Of a DNA stretch of 43,747 nucleotides, positions 38,839-43,747 are shown piece after piece. Positions within the stretch are counted from its first letter, which is position 1; each line of letters starts with the position of its first letter. Origin of the DNA: Verrucomicrobiota bacterium (lineage in GTDB: Bacteria; Verrucomicrobiota; Verrucomicrobiia; Limisphaerales; UBA1096); the NCBI GenBank assembly GCA_030747605.1, contig JASLKL010000003.1, positions 1 to 43,747 on the forward strand, in the 5' to 3' direction. Both the position numbers and the translations under genes were made by a program. The notes beneath the pieces were generated by a model. That model saw nothing but the letters and a program-made list of their open reading frames with translations, ran no database searches and was not told the origin of the DNA.

Positions 38839-39984
38839 ATGAACCAAAGGGAATTTCCCCCGTTTAGTTTGTCGCGACTTTTGAGAAATACCTTTCACCC
38901 AAAACAAGGTGAACGGGTATGCATCTTAATTGATCTCCCTGATGTTTCTTTAGCCAAAGATTGGGCATTTCTAGAGAACCAACAACTCTCCATCCAAAGA
39001 CATGCATATGAATCTTTTTATAAGACACTTCATGACAATGTCATGACTGAATTGCAACTTACTGGTGGTGATTTTTTTGCTTACAAAGAAACAGGCGGCA
39101 GTAATCTTGACCTTCCAGATTTAGCGACATCTCCAGATGGCTCGGAATTAAGCCTCAAACACGATGTATATCCTAATTATAATATAATTCTATGTATCTC
39201 GACATACTCCGCCACAGCTCCCCTGACTGCGTTCGCAAAACAATTTGGCTTTCGAGGGGCCACATTGCATGGAGTAAACGACATCATTCTTAATAGCGGC
39301 TTAGCGGTAGATTACAACGAGGTCAGCAAGGATGCTGAAAAATTACGTTTAGCCCTTACACGGGCAGATCATTTCGAAATCGATTTCCAGTTCGAAGATA
39401 AAATTCACTCACTCAAACTCGAATGCGGTCAACAAGAAGCTCAAAAAAGCCACGGGATTTGTCTAGCAGACGAACCAGATGTAGCCAACCTGCCAGCAGG
39501 AGAAGTCTACTTTGTTCCTACTGGCGGGAAAGGGGAGTTTATTATGCAATATGAGAATGGCACCCTTGGCCTTCAAACTGTCGAGAAAGGAAAAATAATT
39601 CGTTCTTCACTTATACGCGGAGATCAATCAACCATTGATGATCATAACAAAAAACTTAAAAGTGATCCCGTAACCGGCGAACTTGGGGAGCTCGGTTTTG
39701 GCACTCAGAACTTGCCGGTCTCAGGCCGGGACATACAAGATGAAAAAATTCTAGGCACAATGCATGTAGCCACTGGCCGAAGTGACCATCTCGGAGGCTC
39801 ACTTACACCTGATAAATTTGCTAAACCTATAAACGCGACCCATGATGACATTCTATTTTCACCCAGCAAAACTCCTGACATAAAAATTCGCGAGGTTAGA
39901 ATGCAGCGTAATAACGATACAATTGTTGTGCTTGAAAATTATCAGCCTGCCGCGCACCTTCGTGAGGCACTAAACCACTCTTAA
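38839..39984 (+). CDS. M29 (aminopeptidase T/thermophilic metalloprotease)-like protein
   Basis: NLPAGEV, GELGFG, DEKILGTMHVATGRS, THDD resemble the metal-binding motifs of M29-like aminopeptidases. No signal peptide. Confidence 0.6.
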   Translation: MNQREFPPFSLSRLLRNTFHPKQGERVCILIDLPDVSLAKDWAFLENQQLSIQRHAYESFYKTLHDNVMTELQLTGGDFFAYKETGGSNLDLPDLATSPDGSELSLKHDVYPNYNIILCISTYSATAPLTAFAKQFGFRGATLHGVNDIILNSGLAVDYNEVSKDAEKLRLALTRADHFEIDFQFEDKIHSLKLECGQQEAQKSHGICLADEPDVANLPAGEVYFVPTGGKGEFIMQYENGTLGLQTVEKGKIIRSSLIRGDQSTIDDHNKKLKSDPVTGELGELGFGTQNLPVSGRDIQDEKILGTMHVATGRSDHLGGSLTPDKFAKPINATHDDILFSPSKTPDIKIREVRMQRNNDTIVVLENYQPAAHLREALNHS

Positions 39985-39997
39985 AACAATTCAAAGC

Positions 39998-40837
39998 ATG
40001 CGAAGTCTTATATTCATTCTAACATTCTTAAATGTTATGGCTTGGAATCTCCAAGCTTATGACAAGCCATTACGCGCATTACTAGTCACAGGGGGCTGCT
40101 GCCACGACTATGCCAAACAAAAGGACATTCTTAAGCAAGGCCTTGAACGTCGACTGAATATTACCATTGATCATGCTCATTCGGACGACAAAAGCACCAA
40201 ACCTCCCCTTCCAATCTTTGGAAAACCCAATTATTCAAAAGGATACGATGTCATTATTCATGATGAATGTGCCGCTGACATGAAAAATCCAGAAATCATT
40301 GCCGGGGTTCTGACACCACATAATAAAGGTGTGCCAGGAGTGAACTTGCATTGCGCAATGCACTCTTATCGCTTCGGAGATTATCGCAAGCCGATAAAAC
40401 CGGGCGCTGAAAATGCAAAATGGTTTGAATATATTGGGCTGCAATCAACTGGCCATGGACCACAACAACCGATAGAAATCAAATTTGAAAACAACGTACC
40501 ATTTATAACTAAAGGCATTCAAAATTGGACTACCAAGCGAGAGGAACTTTACAACAACATAAAAATACTCCCATCAGCTAAGATCGTGGCTCGCGGTGTT
40601 CAAGGGAATCGTAAGGCAGTTGTTGCTTGGACCAACAATTTCAAAGGCACTCGAGTCTTTAGCACTTCGATCGGGCACAACAACGTTACCGTAGCTGATT
40701 CTCGCTATCTCAACCTAGTCGCTAGAGGCCTACTCTGGGCTGTCAAGCGGGAGGATATGAAAGTTGCCAATCCAAAAAACGAAACGTTTGATTTGAATAG
40801 CAAACCAAAAGCTAAATCAGCTAAAAAAAAAGTTTAA
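39998..40837 (+). CDS. Exported ThuA-like domain; probable 5' part of a frameshifted multidomain gene
   Basis: Signal peptide, LLVTGGCCHDY, IIHDEC, LHCAMHSYR, EELYN, RVFSTSIGHN, RGLLWA. Ends 3 nt after an A9 run inside a Lys-rich linker. Confidence 0.85.
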   Translation: MRSLIFILTFLNVMAWNLQAYDKPLRALLVTGGCCHDYAKQKDILKQGLERRLNITIDHAHSDDKSTKPPLPIFGKPNYSKGYDVIIHDECAADMKNPEIIAGVLTPHNKGVPGVNLHCAMHSYRFGDYRKPIKPGAENAKWFEYIGLQSTGHGPQQPIEIKFENNVPFITKGIQNWTTKREELYNNIKILPSAKIVARGVQGNRKAVVAWTNNFKGTRVFSTSIGHNNVTVADSRYLNLVARGLLWAVKREDMKVANPKNETFDLNSKPKAKSAKKKV

Positions 40838-43747
40838 ACTCTAAAGTTAGTGTTCCTAAAAATGCCGCTACTGGTAAAAAAGTAACAGCTAGTTCAGAGG
40901 AAAAGAACAAGGGCAACCTTTCAAAATACGCAACCGACGGAAATCCAGCCACCCGCTGGTGTGCAGCTAACGGAGCCGCCGGATCTTGGTTACAGGTGGA
41001 CCTTGGCCGCATACAAGATATTCAAAATGTTCGTATTATTTGGGAAAAAACTAACAGCGCTTATAAATACAAGATCGAAGGCTCTATTGATAAAAAACAA
41101 TGGAAACTTCTCGTCGACCAGTCGGAAAATAAAGAGGTCCGACAGATCACACCTCACAAGGTAAACGCAAAAAAAACGCGTTATTTTAAAATCACTTATT
41201 TGGGCTCTAAACCCGCATACTGGGGAAGCTTTTGGGAGTTTGAGGCTTATCCCGGAGAACTCCCGAATCTCCCTCGCAAGGTCGTAAAAGCCTCTCAAAA
41301 ATCTGCTAATGCCACACCAAAAACCAATGATCCTCGAATTTCTGCTCCAGAAGGCTTTAGTCTAACAGTTTTCGCAAAACCACCTCTGGTCAATTATCCA
41401 GTCTGCCTGACAGCTGCTTCGACTGGAGAATTATTTGTCGGGATCGACGAGCAAGGCTCTCTCGGGAAGCAAAAAGGAAGAGGGAGAGTAGTTCGTTGTC
41501 TGGATTCCGACGGTGACGGCAAAGCTGATCAGGTTAATACCTTTGCCAAGATGGACCATCCGCGTGGCTTAATATACGACAACGGCCAACTATGGGTACT
41601 CCATCCCCCTTATCTAACCCTTTACGAGGATACTGATCGTGATGGCATTGCAGATAAGGAGGATCGGTTAATTAGTGGAATCAGCACCGATTACGTTGGC
41701 AAACGTGGGGCAGACCACACCACTAACGGTATTCGAATGGGTATCGATGGCTGGATTTATATTGCAGTTGGAGATTTCGGATTTAACAAAGCAATCGGTA
41801 AAGACGGTCGTATACTCAGCCGAAGAGGTGGAGGCATTGTGCGAGTCCGCCCCGACGGTACCGAGATGGAAATCTACAACTGGGGTCAGCGTAACATTCT
41901 CGATGCCTGTATCGATCCGTACTTAAACATTTTCACTCGCGACAATACCAACGATGGAGGAGGCTGGGACATAAGGTTTTCGCATATCATTCAAACCGCC
42001 GAATACGGATACCCATCTTGGTACAAGAATTTCTCAGATGAAATCATGCCAACACTTGCTGACTATGGAGGCGGATCGGGATGTGGCGGCATGTTCTATC
42101 ACGACACCCGGTGGCCGAAACCATTCAGTCATGCTGTTTACACCTGTGACTGGGGACGGAGTGCAGTATTTCTGCATAATCCCACACCAAATGGAGCTAC
42201 CTTTGATTCTCACCAAGAAACATTTCTCGCTATTAATAGGCCAACCGACATCGATGTTGACGGTAGCGGGAGAATGTACGTGTCGAGTTGGCAAGGAGGA
42301 GGATTCAGCTACAGTCATCCAAATGTAGGTTACGTTGCTCAAATTATACCTAAAAATTACAAACCAGAACCTTTCCCAGATGTGAGCCAACTCAATGACA
42401 CTATCCTTTACCAAATGCTTACGGGCCCTAGTCAGGTTCAAAATCTGCATGCACAACGCGAGATACTCCGCAGGGGGCGAAATTCAAATCGCACCGTATC
42501 ACTAGTAAATATTGCCTCGAATAAAAACAAACCACTTGCGGGTCGAGTCGCAGCTATATTCACACTTAAACAGCTCGATAGAGGACAAGCTAGGACCAAC
42601 TTACTGAAGCTTAGCGAACAAGCCGAAATCACAGAATTTGCTTTGCGAGCTCTTACAGATCGTCAAAGCGAACTGGATAATCTCGACTCAGCGCCCTTTG
42701 TCCGTGCCTTAGAAAGCAAAAATCAGCGTGTTCTCGCACAAGCATTGATCAGCCTAGGGCGCCTCGGTGACGTCTCAGCTGCTCAATCAATTCTCCCTTA
42801 TGCCACTGCCCCTCAATTGGCCAAGAAACACCTACAAAATCAACCTAACCCGACTGCTGTTATCCCTCACTTGGCTACGCGTGCGCTCGTAGCACTAAAA
42901 CCAATAGACACATTGTTGACAGCGTTGGATACCGAATACAAATCTACTGCATTGAGCGTGTTGAAATATATTCACGACAGTAGCGTTGTAGACACGCTAG
43001 TCAGTCGTGTAAAAGCTCAGCCAGACTTAAAAACATTTACCACACTGATACGACTCTACCACCGTGAAGGAAAGTATAATGAAGGCTGGTGGGGCACTCG
43101 ACCAGATACCAGTGGGCCTTACTTCGATCGCATCAAGTGGATAGGTAGTGACAAAATAGAATCTGGAATAAAGAGCGCTCTTAACCGAGCGCCAAAAGAA
43201 ATGGTCAACTTGGTCAAACAATCTCTGGCTAAGCATAAAGTAAACATCAGCGGGCTACCTAAGGGCCAGTCTTTGATCGAAGAAGATATTAATAATAACC
43301 CTATTCGTATCCCTCGACCTACCGGGGACCCTAAAAACTGGATTGCTTCCATTGGTGAAAAAGAGACTATCGAACGCAGCTCCAAAGCAAAAGGTAATGC
43401 AAAGGCAGGCAAAAAACTATTCACTAGCCAAGGGTGCATCGCTTGCCATACCACCCTTAATGGCCAAACCCCTAAAGGCCCTCACTTAGTCGACATTAGC
43501 AAAAGATACAAAACTTCTGAACTAATTGAATCCATACTCAACCCAAACGCCGTAGTAGCCCAAGGCTTCGACACATACTTATTCACCTTAAGTGATAAGT
43601 CGGCACACCTAGGTTTTGTTACATTAGAGAGTGCGGACACCATTAGTATTAGAAATACAGCCGGCGTGCTTTCTCAGCTCTCTTCCAAACAAATTAGAAA
43701 ACGCGAAAAAATTCCGGGTTCATCAATGCCTCCTGGCCTCGTTGCCG
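40825..43747 (+). CDS. Discoidin (F5/8 type C) + sorbosone-dehydrogenase-like propeller + HEAT-like repeats + cytochrome c (PVC-type CxxCH heme protein); 3' part of frameshifted gene, runs off right edge
   Basis: Not in the ORF track. Frame open from 40825 to the end: NAATGKKVTASS...ATDGNPATRW...WLQVDLG; APEGFSLTVFA, DSDGDGKAD, DHTTNGIRMGIDGWIY, RDNTNDG, CDWG; ALISLGRLG; GKKLF...GCIACH (43435-43449), GPHL, ESILNPNAVV, SMPPGL. No start codon or signal peptide at its 5' end. Confidence 0.88.

Noticed and set aside
2206-43454. Many 60-150 aa antisense or alternate-frame ORFs in the track (e.g. 3170-3616, 21761-22096, 40990-41298, 42034-42456, 43119-43454)
   Set aside because: They lie within well-supported genes, including the unlisted 40825-43747 frame, and show no recognisable motifs.
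1-43747. CRISPR arrays, tRNA/rRNA genes, IS elements, integrases, prophage or defence genes
   Set aside because: All intergenic gaps are short (under about 230 nt), with no spaced direct repeats or cloverleaf-like sequence that I could see, and no ORF has such motifs.

Overview
A 43.7 kb, gene-dense bacterial chromosomal segment with no mobile elements, RNA genes or CRISPR array that I can see. The gene families (DUF1501 + DUF1549/DUF1553, prepilin/H-X9-DG proteins, PVC-type CxxCH heme protein, MoxR-DUF58-BatA/VWA operon, CRTAC1/UnbV) point to the PVC superphylum, most likely Verrucomicrobiota (inference). Housekeeping genes (trpD, uvrD/pcrA, leuA, proB, mazG, sdhCAB, glyQS, hemW) are interleaved with secreted PVC-type proteins. 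The main signals missing from the ORF track are: (1) a complete ribosome-dependent leucine attenuator upstream of leuA (promoter, 24-aa leader peptide with 9 Leu, antiterminator, terminator); (2) a -1 frameshift at an A9 run that joins a ThuA gene to a 974-codon discoidin/propeller/HEAT/cytochrome c ORF running off the right end; (3) several promoters whose -10 box sits 4-8 nt before a start codon, suggesting leaderless transcripts; (4) a 25-aa hydrophobic ORF after trpD; (5) a LamG-like gene running off the left end that shares an S-x-[DN]-L-x-[DN]-W...F-x-R-L module with the ankyrin protein.
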